Below are positions 1 through 10,238 of a stretch of DNA of 64,000 nt, in pieces. The number at the start of each line of letters is the position of its first letter. The first letter of the stretch is position 1. Source of the stretch: a virus. Its lineage: Duplodnaviria; Caudoviricetes. Made by a program: the position numbers and the translations under genes. The notes under the pieces are model-generated. The model was not told where the DNA came from. It searched no databases and was given only the letters and a program-made list of their open reading frames with translations. Where the stretch lies: IMG/VR virus record IMGVR_UViG_3300028832_000123, positions 15,508 through 79,507 of that record, one strand, 5' to 3'.

Positions 1-273
1 CATAGAATCCTTCGTATTTTTCAAATGCGTATATTGTTGGTTTCCCTTTAAGCCTTACAAGCGGTTCGCTATCTGTTATTGATCTGCATTTTTCATATAT
101 TGATCGTCTGCACAGATCTTCTAACATTGTTTGCCTGTTCACCACCTTCCTGCGTCGTGTATTCCGTCACTTCTTATGCTTCCTGTACCATCTTTCCACA
201 AGAGCAATTGCATAGATCGGGAGCAGAATAAAGATAACCAGAAAAACTTTTTCCATTTTGTTTTCTCCTTTCA

Positions 274-570
274 TCAGTCGCATGATGTGCCGACATTGAT
301 GTACGCATACTCGTTATCGAACCAGAATCCATATACGCCGTATCCACGGTGCCACATTGTTGCAATCCCGCCATTTCGCCTATCAAGCATATCCATCAGA
401 GCTTCGCCGGCCTCGTGATGTTCCATGCTTTTCAGTTCGGACAACTCGCCATCAAGAAAATCGCCGATCCGCATGACTCTCATCCGGCTTCCACTCGCCA
501 GGGTCTTTGCTTCTTCGATTGACAAGGGCCTAACTTCTATCCCTTCCACGAATGCTTTATTAACCATCAT
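274..570 (-). CDS. hypothetical phage protein
   Basis: ORF co-oriented and overlapping with neighbours. Confidence 0.55.
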   Translation of the reverse strand: MMVNKAFVEGIEVRPLSIEEAKTLASGSRMRVMRIGDFLDGELSELKSMEHHEAGEALMDMLDRRNGGIATMWHRGYGVYGFWFDNEYAYINVGTSCD

Positions 571-796
571 TTTTGTTTCTCCTGTTCATAGTCTCCTTGT
601 TTAGATATTCAATAACTCCAGCGAGCAGGTAAATTCCGAGCGGATTATTCCCTGCATTTACGCTCGCATCGCCACAGTCCTGGGCCGTCTGCTTCCACCA
701 CTCGTCTGTGTCTTCCGGTGGAAAGTGCTTGTTAAGGAAATCAAAAGCTATTCTGAACATCCGAGGATGCAGAGCAGCATATTCTTCCGGTGTCAT
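560..796 (-). CDS. hypothetical phage protein
   Basis: ORF with AAGGTG-type RBS, coupled to the downstream ORF. Confidence 0.6.
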   Translation of the reverse strand: MTPEEYAALHPRMFRIAFDFLNKHFPPEDTDEWWKQTAQDCGDASVNAGNNPLGIYLLAGVIEYLNKETMNRRNKNDG

Positions 797-903
797 CCTG
801 TATCACCTTCTTGTAAACTCATCGTAAGATGCCCTCCATATTTTTCTGTGTGGTAATTATACTACATTAAACAGTATAATAAAAGTTAAAAAAATATTAC
901 AGA

Positions 904-1131
904 TCATACGTGTACGCTTTCCAGTTTGCCGTACATATTCCTGTGAAGCATTCCCTTCTCGTCACGGTAATAATCAGCGAAAGTATCCGTTACAACCATG
1001 GCGATCTTTTGTGCGTCAATGGTTAAATGCGAGGTTATCTGGTGTTCTTCCGGCACAGTCGTACCGCAGTACTCGCACTTGCGATGCATATTCAGTGGAG
1101 CGCCACAGTTTGGGCAGTTTGTTCTGGGCAT
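904..1131 (-). CDS. small zinc-ribbon protein
   Basis: CPNCG...CEYCG double CxxC motif. Confidence 0.6.
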   Translation of the reverse strand: MPRTNCPNCGAPLNMHRKCEYCGTTVPEEHQITSHLTIDAQKIAMVVTDTFADYYRDEKGMLHRNMYGKLESVHV

Positions 1132-1275
1132 GTTATCACCTCACGAATACTTTCCCGCAGTGTCTACAGCGCATGACTGTTATTGTGTTCTTTTTATCAG
1201 AAACCACAATGTCATACGTCACCGCTTCCAGATCATGACCGAACATCAGACACTCGAATTTTTTCCATAACTTCT

Positions 1276-1839
1276 TCAGCATTTTCTTACCTCCATGCAG
1301 TACATCATGCAGTCATCAGCAAATCGTCGTGCGTCAGGAAGAAGTTCGACTGCTGTGCAGAATTCTTCATCCCACTCGCCATAGGTCCTTGGTCTCTTCT
1401 CGTCACGTACGTTTTCAAGCCGGCGCACGATGTCTTCAGCAGTCAGCGCCAGATTGAATTGCATCCGGTCTTTCCACTCCTGAAACTCTGCTCTTTGTTT
1501 TTGTGCTTTTTTTAATTTTTCTGCCCGTTTTAATGTCTCGATATCAAGTGGCGCATAAATATCAATTCCAAGATTAAATGTGTCATTAAACCACTGAATC
1601 GCATTTGGGAACTGCATGTTGTAGTATTGTTGAACAAAAGAAATAACGTCACCACCACGTTTACATTGATGGCAATAAAACCCACGATTACCATGATATA
1701 ATACACAATTATAATTTTGACCACCATGCAATGGGCATTTACACCTGCCGTGTTTTATCTCTAACCCTATTGCTATTCCAACATCAATTGCAGAAATATT
1801 ATCTTTAATAATTTGTGTTGCAACTTCAAGATTGTTCAT
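1276..1839 (-). CDS. CHC2 zinc-finger (primase-type) domain protein
   Basis: CPLH...FYCHQC..GGDVISFV motif. Confidence 0.85.
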   Translation of the reverse strand: MNNLEVATQIIKDNISAIDVGIAIGLEIKHGRCKCPLHGGQNYNCVLYHGNRGFYCHQCKRGGDVISFVQQYYNMQFPNAIQWFNDTFNLGIDIYAPLDIETLKRAEKLKKAQKQRAEFQEWKDRMQFNLALTAEDIVRRLENVRDEKRPRTYGEWDEEFCTAVELLPDARRFADDCMMYCMEVRKC

Positions 1840-2285
1840 TGCTTATTACCGATTTTCCTTCCTTGATTTCCAACTGGTTGCTCAAACAATCTTTTAATAT
1901 CCCATCCTCTGTAATATCTATCATAGTATATCTTGGGTTTAATTCCTGTAATTCTTGACCATTCCATAATGGTGTGTGTTTCACCATTATATGTTAGTCG
2001 TACATTATTACATCTATTATTTTGTTGTTCTCTCATTGTTACCCATCGGCAATTAGAAGGTTCGTAATTCCCTTTTGAATCTATTCTATCAATTGATAGC
2101 GTATCATTATATCCATTTGCTAATGCCCAGTCTCGAAAATTAACAAAGCTTTTCCATTCATTACAAACAGTAATTCCTTTACCTCCATAAAATTTATAGC
2201 TATCTGTTTTTTTGTTTTTACATCTATTTAAAATACTATTCCAAATTCTATAAATTCTTGTATTTGTCATATGATGCTGCATCAT
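1836..2285 (-). CDS. HNH homing endonuclease
   Basis: YRIWNSILNRC..YGGKGITVC.EW..F..W..SIDRID..GNYEPSNCRW; AT-rich; GGAGGA RBS and ATGA overlap with the helicase stop place the start at 2285. Confidence 0.85.
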   Translation of the reverse strand: MMQHHMTNTRIYRIWNSILNRCKNKKTDSYKFYGGKGITVCNEWKSFVNFRDWALANGYNDTLSIDRIDSKGNYEPSNCRWVTMREQQNNRCNNVRLTYNGETHTIMEWSRITGIKPKIYYDRYYRGWDIKRLFEQPVGNQGRKIGNKQ

Positions 2286-3679
2286 TCCAAATACTCCTCC
2301 ATCTCTGCACCCATCTTCCTGTAACATGTCTTCCGCTTCTTATATGCCCCAAGACAGAAGCCAATGTTGTCAACGAAGTCGTACACTACTGGAGTTTCTT
2401 TTCCTTCCGCTGTTCTCCGGATCCGTCCTACAGACTGGGTAACAATGGCACTGAACTTGCAAGGCGAAGCAAGGAACAGCCGGTCAAGGCATGGGATATC
2501 CAACCCTTCTTTTGCAAGGCTGTAACTGGCAAACAGATACTTCTTCTTACCTGTCCGCATGTCTTCCAGCGCCTGGGCACGTTCTTCCTTGGCTTTCTTG
2601 CTCTGCATCTTTCCGTCAACGTATGCGCAGTCTTTCTGCATTTCTTCCGGAAGGTGACGAATCAGTTCCTTTAGCTGCTCAAGACGGTCCGAAAGAATCA
2701 GACAGCTGTGATTTTTATTATCCATAATCATTGTGGCAATCTTATAATTCCTTCTGTTCAGCGTGGTCAAGTATTCGATCAGCTTCACATAATTGATTGT
2801 ACCGTCAGGATTCAGGCAGTTATCATCAACTTCGACGCCGGTCGGAAGCGCTTTAACCTTCACGCCCATCACCCTGTCCGCAACCGCTTCCTCCGGAACC
2901 TCATACGCAATCGGTCCGATCAGTGCGAACGTTGCTTTAATCAACCCATCAGATCTTTCCGGGGTGGCAGTCAGACCAATCTTATGACGTGCGGACAAGT
3001 GGTTCAGAACCTTCTCATACATGGTAAAGGACGTGTCGGATGTGCAGCACCTGTGACACTCGTCAACAATCACAACGTCCCAGTAATCCCTGTACTGAGT
3101 CAGTTCCAGTTTGCTCATGGTCTGAACCGTAGCAAATGTAACACCTACGCCGACATTAACCCTGCCTTCGGTGATCGTACCGATCAGACTTTTGTCAATG
3201 TACTGAAGCGCACGGTCACGGCTTTGGTTCAGCAGGTCTGCTGTATGACACAGCCATAACGCCCTGCGCCGGAGTGATTTGATTATGGCAATCCCGCACT
3301 GCGTTTTTCCGCTTCCGGTTGTGGCTTTCAAAATGCCGTAAGTTTTTTCAATCATGCCACGGACAGCATCGGTCTGGTAGTCATACAGCCCCATGTCCAG
3401 TCCGCCGTAGTCGATCACCGTATCCTGCCGGAAGTCGCAGAAAATTCCGGTACCCTTCAGCATGGGCATCAGTTCCCTGATTATTCCGAACGGCAGGATC
3501 AGCGTGTTTCCATTCCATTCATACATCCGGATGGTCTTCGGCGTCTTTCCTACCCAGAAGCCCATGCGTACTTTTTTCTCGTACACGGGGTTCGGAAAGT
3601 CAAGGTTGTCTTTAGCCCATGTAATGATCTCTTTGGTTGGATCGTCTATGTAAATGCGGTTTGCAATCTTTGTGTTCAT
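2282..3679 (-). CDS. superfamily II DNA helicase (DEAD/DEAH-like)
   Basis: Walker A TGSGKT, DECH, GLTATPER, EGLDIP, QSVGRIRR. Confidence 0.92.
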   Translation of the reverse strand: MNTKIANRIYIDDPTKEIITWAKDNLDFPNPVYEKKVRMGFWVGKTPKTIRMYEWNGNTLILPFGIIRELMPMLKGTGIFCDFRQDTVIDYGGLDMGLYDYQTDAVRGMIEKTYGILKATTGSGKTQCGIAIIKSLRRRALWLCHTADLLNQSRDRALQYIDKSLIGTITEGRVNVGVGVTFATVQTMSKLELTQYRDYWDVVIVDECHRCCTSDTSFTMYEKVLNHLSARHKIGLTATPERSDGLIKATFALIGPIAYEVPEEAVADRVMGVKVKALPTGVEVDDNCLNPDGTINYVKLIEYLTTLNRRNYKIATMIMDNKNHSCLILSDRLEQLKELIRHLPEEMQKDCAYVDGKMQSKKAKEERAQALEDMRTGKKKYLFASYSLAKEGLDIPCLDRLFLASPCKFSAIVTQSVGRIRRTAEGKETPVVYDFVDNIGFCLGAYKKRKTCYRKMGAEMEEYLE

Positions 3680-4128
3680 TTATCCTCCGCCCAGATCTTG
3701 CTGGATTCAAGCCAGTCTTCAAGGTTCCATGTTTCGGTCTTCATCATCTTCGGGGTAATGCTTTTGTGCCCACGGCCCTCAAGCGTTTCAATGCGTGACA
3801 GGGACACCATGCGGATATTGGACAGTGGCGGTTTTCCATCTTCTGCCGGAAGTTTCAGTGCAAAGTAGCACAGTTCACCGCAACGCTTTGTGAACAGCTT
3901 CATGGCAGTGCGCTGATTTTCCTCGACTCTGGAGAACACGAAACCTTTCTCTGCGTCGCTGATTTCTTTACCGTCGATCAGCGTATGAAAGGATCCTTTT
4001 ACCGCAATGATATCCGCCGGCTGACCTTCCCTTTTCTGTTGCATTACATGTGCCCAGAAGCCATGCTTTGCAAGGATCTCTGCGAAGTCATTCTCGAATT
4101 TGTTCCCTGATGTTTTGTTGTTCGGCAT
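3676..4128 (-). CDS. PD-(D/E)XK nuclease, Holliday junction resolvase-like
   Basis: G..FE...PADII...LIDGK pattern; replication module context. Confidence 0.7.
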   Translation of the reverse strand: MPNNKTSGNKFENDFAEILAKHGFWAHVMQQKREGQPADIIAVKGSFHTLIDGKEISDAEKGFVFSRVEENQRTAMKLFTKRCGELCYFALKLPAEDGKPPLSNIRMVSLSRIETLEGRGHKSITPKMMKTETWNLEDWLESSKIWAEDK

Positions 4129-4314
4129 TCACGTCACCTGCTTCTCGTTTTATTCGTTGCTTTTCCCAGTATCTTTTTTCCATTTCGATCAGCTGATCGA
4201 TACAGCTTTCATGCATCGGAGTGTTGTCTTCATCGTCGAATAAATACGGCATGGCATACTCCTTATAAGGCTGGGATGTGGTCTCTCTGTACGCACTTAA
4301 TCCCAGTGGCTCAT

Positions 4315-4719
4315 TTAGAACGGCAGTTCATCGGTTTCAACAGCAGTGAATCCGCCGGTAGGTGCTGATGCAGGTTCGCTCGTGGGTTCCGCATCCTGTT
4401 CGCCACGAGGAGACAGGAACTCGACCTCGCTTGCGTTTACCTCCAGTGACGCACGGGCTTCACCGTCATTGGATGTGTACTGCCGGACGCTGACGGATCC
4501 GATAACGCTTGCCTTCTTGCCTTTGGACAGATACTTGGCGCACAGTTCACCCAGTGCGCCCCACGCAGCGATTCGGAAGAAGTCTGCGCCAGGTTCAGGA
4601 TTGCTCTGTGTCTTCCTGCGGTTCACGGCAACAGTAAAGTCGCATACGGTTGTGCCGGACGGAGTCTGCCGGACTTCAGGATTTTTGGTGACGTTGCCGA
4701 TAATAATCAGTTTATTCAT
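4315..4719 (-). CDS. ssb: single-stranded DNA-binding protein
   Basis: MNKLIIIGNVTKNPEVR.T.SG..V..FTVAVNR; acidic DELPF C-terminus. Confidence 0.95.
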   Translation of the reverse strand: MNKLIIIGNVTKNPEVRQTPSGTTVCDFTVAVNRRKTQSNPEPGADFFRIAAWGALGELCAKYLSKGKKASVIGSVSVRQYTSNDGEARASLEVNASEVEFLSPRGEQDAEPTSEPASAPTGGFTAVETDELPF

Positions 4720-4728
4720 GCTGTTACC

Positions 4729-5112
4729 TCATTTCAGATATTCGAGTTCTTTCTGGATGTCTTCCGGAATATTGTCCTGCCATACGTAGCTGTTTTTCAG
4801 CACGTATTCGTTGTAGCTTGTTGCTGTGCCGTTTGCCCTCATCTTTGCCTGGTCAGCCCAGCTTTTCTGTTCTTTGTTGTCGCTGTCTTTGTACTGTTCC
4901 CAGATCAGTTTGTCCTCGGTATAACTTGCGATCATGGAACGGCAGGTATCCTCGACTCTTTTCAGAGTCTTATAATTTGTTGCGTCATCTGTCTTCTGTA
5001 CCGCATACATATTGGTGTTCCAGATGCTCCGACCGATAGGGGTGAGAGTTATAAAGACGATCAGCCCGACAATAATGAGACCAATGGCAAACCATTTCTT
5101 TTCGCTGTCCAT
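4729..5112 (-). CDS. hypothetical membrane-anchored protein
   Basis: N-terminal hydrophobic segment. Confidence 0.7.
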   Translation of the reverse strand: MDSEKKWFAIGLIIVGLIVFITLTPIGRSIWNTNMYAVQKTDDATNYKTLKRVEDTCRSMIASYTEDKLIWEQYKDSDNKEQKSWADQAKMRANGTATSYNEYVLKNSYVWQDNIPEDIQKELEYLK

Positions 5113-5673
5113 TTAATTCACCTCGTATTTCACAACAGGGCTTTCAACTTCAAACGGGATATCGCTGTACAGGTACTCGCCGGTCCACTCGATGTAATTG
5201 CCGTTCGGTGTGAAGAAGAAAATACCGTTATCATTTTCACCGTAGCTGCCGTCTACATCGGCAAGCCATTTGTTTTCAAGGTGATAAGTACCACCGCAAA
5301 CCAGTTCGTAATATTCACTGTCCGGTGTCAGATAACTATTCAGGCTCGATACCTTACCATCAACTACGAACCTGCCGGCAACCGTATTCCCTGCAAACAG
5401 CACGATATATCCAAGAGGTCTCTTGATCGGGCACAAAACATTCTTTGCCTTTTCACGCAGGCCATTCACCCAGTACGTGCGTCTGATCAGGTTGTACCGT
5501 TCCAGTGAGTAGTCGATATCCTTTGGCGTGGGCTGGTTTCCGGAGAGGTTATTGGCAATCTCAATTGTGGACGCCTTGTCCATTTCGCTGTTGGTTGTGA
5601 CTGAATCGTCACAGCTTGCAAACACGAACAGGCACACGATGAGGACAAGAACAACAGCAATTTTCTTTTTCAT
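5113..5673 (-). CDS. putative lipoprotein
   Basis: MKKK + hydrophobic stretch + FAS-C lipobox. Confidence 0.7.
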   Translation of the reverse strand: MKKKIAVVLVLIVCLFVFASCDDSVTTNSEMDKASTIEIANNLSGNQPTPKDIDYSLERYNLIRRTYWVNGLREKAKNVLCPIKRPLGYIVLFAGNTVAGRFVVDGKVSSLNSYLTPDSEYYELVCGGTYHLENKWLADVDGSYGENDNGIFFFTPNGNYIEWTGEYLYSDIPFEVESPVVKYEVN

Positions 5674-5686
5674 ATTGATTTCTCCT

Positions 5687-6337
5687 TTACTGTTCCGCGG
5701 CAGCCATCAGCTGTCCGGCGAGATCGTTCTTGGGTTCTTCTGTATGTGCTTCTTCCTGTTTCTGCTCTTCCTGCTTTGCTTCGAGAGCTGCCTTGGCTTT
5801 CTGTCCGCATTCAATACACAGGCACTTGCCGTACTTTTTCTTGCTTACATCGGCAAGCTTTTCTGCCGTGAAGCTTTCGGTACCGACAATGTCCTTTCCG
5901 CATTCCTCGCACTTCGGGGCAACGTACTTGGCTCCGGTGGGCACCTTATCACGGATGCGGATACCGTCCACCTTTTCTCCGGTACTGGGGTCCCGCACAT
6001 CATGCACGATGTACAGCTGGATCCTTTTACCTACCAGCGTTTCGGCGTCCACTGCCTTGAACAGTTTCCGCAGGGTTTTCCGGTTTGTTGCGTTCACCAC
6101 CAGAGGACGAACGACGTTGGAAATACCGGCAACCTTTTCCTCAACGAAGGTGATCACGTCATGGTTTTCCTTGCCACGAGCCAGCGTGATCAGTCCGTTG
6201 TACAGGCTCTTGATCGTGAGGATCGGTTCAGAGCCAGGATCAAGGTCTTCAGCGCCCAGATACTCGCTGTTGCGGTGAGCGCCGAGCCGTTCCTTGCCTT
6301 TAAGTGGCGACAAGTTTTGCAGTTCCTTCGGGATCAT
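5687..6337 (-). CDS. hypothetical protein, candidate ssDNA-annealing/binding partner of the exonuclease
   Basis: immediately downstream of the RecE-like exonuclease; C-terminal CEEC/CIEC zinc motif and acidic tail. Confidence 0.55.
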   Translation of the reverse strand: MIPKELQNLSPLKGKERLGAHRNSEYLGAEDLDPGSEPILTIKSLYNGLITLARGKENHDVITFVEEKVAGISNVVRPLVVNATNRKTLRKLFKAVDAETLVGKRIQLYIVHDVRDPSTGEKVDGIRIRDKVPTGAKYVAPKCEECGKDIVGTESFTAEKLADVSKKKYGKCLCIECGQKAKAALEAKQEEQKQEEAHTEEPKNDLAGQLMAAAEQ

Positions 6338-6351
6338 AGATGTATACCTCC

Positions 6352-7167
6352 TTATTCTTCTTCCCCTTCAAAGTTGATATAGCCGGGGATGTAGGCTTCA
6401 TTGGGAATATCATCAACGTACCCAGGCCAGTAATCGATTTCTTTGCACTCATGCAGTTTGTCGATCAGTTCACGGAATACGTTCACGCCATACTGCATGA
6501 CGTCCGGAGTGACCTCGACCACGTTTACGCTGTACGGGGGTTTCTTTTCCTGTACAACAAACAGGAATACCGGACGGTAGTCAATGTCATGGTTGTGCAT
6601 GACCGCTTCTGTATAGAAAGCAGATTGGAAAGTATAGCCGAGGTCGAACATCTTCCGGATAAACTTATCCGTGTCAGCTGACAACGCTGTCTTGTAGTCC
6701 ACAACGGCGATTTTGCCGTCGAGACACTTGATCAGCCTGTCGAGCTTTGCCTTGCACTTCTCGCCTGTCTCCGGATCGGTCCAGAACAGCGGGACTTCTG
6801 TCTCGCCGTCCTCAGTCAGCAGACTGTGTGCCAGCGTACACTTGTGCAGTGCGTCTGACATTTCCTGAATCGTCTTCAGATCCTCGGCAGAGATAATGGT
6901 CTTGCCTTCACTCTGCGCAAGGAACTGCTCGTACAGGGCTTTCCCTTCCTTGGTCCGGCGGTCGCATGCAGGAGCGACTGCATACTCGTCGAAGAACGTA
7001 TCCGGTTCAAGGACCATCTTGTGCGCTGCGGAACCGAACGTCAGGGCCGGAGAAGATTCTTCCTGCGGGTGATCGAGAAAGTACTTGTACTTCTCTGGGG
7101 AATCGTGCATCAGCCACAGATCTGTTCTGCGGATACCTTCTGCCTTGTTGTACTGTTGTTCTGTCAT
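6352..7167 (-). CDS. RecE-like PD-(D/E)XK exonuclease (DUF3799-like)
   Basis: FGSAAHKMVLEP, E.PLFW.D..TG..CKAKLD, VDYKT, Y..Q.AFY. Confidence 0.85.
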   Translation of the reverse strand: MTEQQYNKAEGIRRTDLWLMHDSPEKYKYFLDHPQEESSPALTFGSAAHKMVLEPDTFFDEYAVAPACDRRTKEGKALYEQFLAQSEGKTIISAEDLKTIQEMSDALHKCTLAHSLLTEDGETEVPLFWTDPETGEKCKAKLDRLIKCLDGKIAVVDYKTALSADTDKFIRKMFDLGYTFQSAFYTEAVMHNHDIDYRPVFLFVVQEKKPPYSVNVVEVTPDVMQYGVNVFRELIDKLHECKEIDYWPGYVDDIPNEAYIPGYINFEGEEE

Positions 7168-7360
7168 GTGTTCTCTCCTTTACTCTTTTAAGTAGTGATA
7201 ATGGGGATTTAAAAACCGGCTGTCCCCTACCGGTCGGCGCATAGTCTTTCCTTGCTTTGCGTACCACCTGAAGAAAGCGAAGAGTGGATTCGCCATCGAG
7301 GAAGGACACATATAAGGAGGGATGATATGTTCAGGGTTATACCCTTCGCCGGTATGATTA

Positions 7361-7585
7361 TCACTCTTTTGTAGAGTGACGAATCGGCTGATTTCTTGCG
7401 TACCGTTTCTTCCGCCAACAGTTGCGTTTCTGTGCGTCGCTCATTACGTCTGAGCTTACCCTTTTATCACGGTCCGCCTTTTTCGCCGCTTCAAGTTCCT
7501 CCTTCCATGCTTTATATCTTACGCACTTACTATGATGCGCACCGCATCCCTGTAATGAGCATTCTATACATGGACACTTTCTCAA
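7361..7585 (-). CDS. small Cys-rich hypothetical protein
   Basis: CPC..C....CG.HH..C..Y motif. Confidence 0.6.
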   Translation of the reverse strand: MRKCPCIECSLQGCGAHHSKCVRYKAWKEELEAAKKADRDKRVSSDVMSDAQKRNCWRKKRYARNQPIRHSTKE

Positions 7586-8085
7586 TTAGCCCACTCTCCC
7601 ATGTTATACGGACAGAGAAGTCCGCTGTAATCATCGAGCGGAAGGATGGATGTAAGCAGGTTATACAACTGACATCCGGAACAGGTCTTATCGTCCTCGG
7701 TACACTCACGACACTTTGTTCTGGCAATATCGACAAGCGCTTTGAACTCATCGCATGTCATGAGTATGTTTGTCGAAAAGCTTGAAAGCTTCGGGGCTAT
7801 ACGAACATCATAATCATGCTTCGTGTTTTCCAGGGACGTACGCTGATTCATTGGAATGGTTTCAAGAACCTCGTTCATCAGATCGTCCGTTTCAGCATAG
7901 AGTTTCTCCAGACGTTTCTGACCATCCGGAATCATTTCAAGGCGCTGCGCAATGTCTGTCTTCAGCTCTCCAAGCGTTGATACAGCGTTCCCAAACCACA
8001 GCATGGCAAACCTTTCATTGCGGGTCATCCGTACCGCATCTTCACGTGATGGCAGGAGCTGTTTCTTTACAATATGCACTGTCAT
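7582..8085 (-). CDS. hypothetical phage protein
   Basis: coupled ORF with C-terminal Cys cluster. Confidence 0.65.
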   Translation of the reverse strand: MTVHIVKKQLLPSREDAVRMTRNERFAMLWFGNAVSTLGELKTDIAQRLEMIPDGQKRLEKLYAETDDLMNEVLETIPMNQRTSLENTKHDYDVRIAPKLSSFSTNILMTCDEFKALVDIARTKCRECTEDDKTCSGCQLYNLLTSILPLDDYSGLLCPYNMGEWAN

Positions 8086-8609
8086 TCCCCTTCCAGCTCA
8101 AGATATTTGCTTTGGATATATCCGCAGTTGGTTACGCACCAGTCATTACTCCACCAGAGAACCTTGACCGAAGCCTGTGGTTTCAGCCATCGGATTCTGT
8201 TTCCGTTTACCATGTTCCGTGCAGCGAGTCGTCCTTTACTGATGACGGTGGCAGACTCGTTTGCGATTATCGGCTCGTCATACACAACATAGCCGGAGTG
8301 GATCCACCCTTCGTCTGATTCGAGAGCGAGGTTTGTGCAGTGCAGGAAGCCGTTCTTGGATTTGCCGTCAAGTGTCAGTGGCTCTCCGCATTCAAACCTG
8401 CCGATCACTGTGGATTTCTTTGACGCTGTCTGCCGGATGTTCACATATCCATCGCACAGCACGTACGCTTCCTTCGTTTCTGCGTGGGCCGTGGAGATCA
8501 GCATGTTGTAACCTGCGATGAACAGGTATATGACGAGCACGATCAGCAGGATCTGGATAAAGGTCCGGAATAACTTCCAGGCTTCTGTATCACGAAAGTT
8601 CTTCTTCAT
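8082..8609 (-). CDS. SH3b-like domain membrane-anchored protein
   Basis: TM helix followed by VNIRQTAS...GWIHSGYV and a second SH3-like repeat. Confidence 0.7.
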   Translation of the reverse strand: MKKNFRDTEAWKLFRTFIQILLIVLVIYLFIAGYNMLISTAHAETKEAYVLCDGYVNIRQTASKKSTVIGRFECGEPLTLDGKSKNGFLHCTNLALESDEGWIHSGYVVYDEPIIANESATVISKGRLAARNMVNGNRIRWLKPQASVKVLWWSNDWCVTNCGYIQSKYLELEGE

Positions 8610-8790
8610 GTCTTATCTCCTTACTCTCACCTCATCAAATTCACTAAAAATTGAATACTGGCACCGAAACCAAGAATCATGACCGCAGTGCCAACAATGG
8701 CACAGAAAACAACCAGAAATGCCATAGCATCGAACTTGAATCGTTTCTTCATTGGAGCCTCCTATTTCGGCCTATTCATGGCTTCCGGTT

Positions 8791-9057
8791 TTATTTGCCC
8801 AACAGGTTTTTGTACTCTCTTAACAGTTGCAGAACATCCTTCCGAAGTGTGACCATGCACGTTGCATTGATGCCATCGTTATAAGGACATTCTTTTTTAC
8901 ATCCTGCTATCTGACTACAAAACTCCATCCCTTTGATTGCCTTGTCGAGATTCTTTGTAGCGAGTGCGTGTTTGCAATCGGTTTCCAACACATCCTTACA
9001 AGGTAAGTAGAAAACCGTACAATCTCCATTGGTGTTTATCAATTCGCATTTTGTCAT
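8791..9057 (-). CDS. hypothetical Cys-rich protein
   Basis: KGMEFC...C...CPY...C motif shared with 51964-52362. Confidence 0.6.
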   Translation of the reverse strand: MTKCELINTNGDCTVFYLPCKDVLETDCKHALATKNLDKAIKGMEFCSQIAGCKKECPYNDGINATCMVTLRKDVLQLLREYKNLLGK

Positions 9058-9412
9058 TCCTGCTCACCGTCCTTACCGCCTGTAATGCAGTATACTATCA
9101 ATTCAAGACGTTGTTTTAATGGCATTTGTTCAATCATTTGATTCCATTCGTTGACTTTCGCAAGGTATTTCTCGTAAGCTGAATGAAACAGTTTTTTTAT
9201 ATCGGTCATTCCTTTTCACCTGCCTTTTCTTGTTGCCAATACAGGGCGCTGTCAGTTCCAAAATCCACCCCACCAAAGCAGAGCAATCAGCAATCCATCC
9301 GCAATCAGTTCACGCACAACGTTATACGTTCTCGGTGCCGTTTTTCCGTGATTGATTAACTCAATGCCCAAGTCTATTGACATGATAACAACCATGATTA
9401 TTTGCGGTGCTT

Positions 9413-9796
9413 TCATTCCTTCTCACCTTCCTTTGGTGGTTCCGGCATATACTTCCAATGTGTGACAACGTGATCCATAATCCCCGGCCCTTTGTAAAAG
9501 TGACCGTCACCGAATTTGTATGTCCTTACATCACCAAATGATGTATAGCAGATAACCTCTGTATAATCGTGTGTAATGGGACTTATTTTTTCATCCGGCA
9601 ACCTCTCGCTAACAGGAATCCACTTCGGCTGTTCAGTTTTCAACCTGTCAATCTCTGCCTGTTGCTCTTTCAGCAGTTCAAGCGCATCTTCCGCAATCTT
9701 ACAGCATTTCAATCCTTCACAAGTGCTGTCGTTTTTTCTATCTTTCAGCAATTCAAGCCCTGCGATAACCTTCTCTAACTCTGCCAATTTTTTCAC
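9413..9796 (-). CDS. DUF551-like phage protein
   Basis: WIPVSERLP...VTHWKYMPEPP. Confidence 0.8.
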   Translation of the reverse strand: MKKLAELEKVIAGLELLKDRKNDSTCEGLKCCKIAEDALELLKEQQAEIDRLKTEQPKWIPVSERLPDEKISPITHDYTEVICYTSFGDVRTYKFGDGHFYKGPGIMDHVVTHWKYMPEPPKEGEKE

Positions 9797-9848
9797 CTAC
9801 CTTTTGGGGATGAATACCGTCAAATTGATTTTCAGCCTTTTCACGGCA

Positions 9849-10232
9849 TCACATAAACCGCATTATTACCCTGTGTCTTGCACAATAGGCGAACATCGTA
9901 AACCACTCGGCATATTTTTCCTTCGTGTAATCATCATCGGTCAGAGCATCAATTTTTTCACTGTGCCGTTTCATAGCGTTTTTGATCTTCCTGCACTCTG
10001 AAACTGTAAACTTACCGTCACAATCACTGTGCCAAAGGAACAAATCAAGGTCATCATCACACTTACTGTTCCACATGGCTACTTCTTCATCTGTAAGCAT
10101 CCTATTGGACATATAGGCTTTTTCGCACTCATAACCATATATGTACCTAACAACTTTCTTTCTGAACAATGCAAAATGACCGTATCCGATGTTGTAATTC
10201 CCTCTTCCGTGAATCTCTACATCAAGGCTCAT
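9849..10232 (-). CDS. hypothetical phage protein
   Basis: RBS AGGAGT; HSDCDG motif. Confidence 0.65.
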   Translation of the reverse strand: MSLDVEIHGRGNYNIGYGHFALFRKKVVRYIYGYECEKAYMSNRMLTDEEVAMWNSKCDDDLDLFLWHSDCDGKFTVSECRKIKNAMKRHSEKIDALTDDDYTKEKYAEWFTMFAYCARHRVIMRFM

Positions 10233-10238
10233 TCCTGC

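Noticed and set aside
1-270. Host flank or attL/attR at the window edges
   Set aside because: No host genes are present at either edge and the att site is intact internally; only very short ORFs occur here
7170-7360. Gene or ncRNA between the exonuclease and 7361
   Set aside because: Competing short ORFs with no clear RBS or convincing structure
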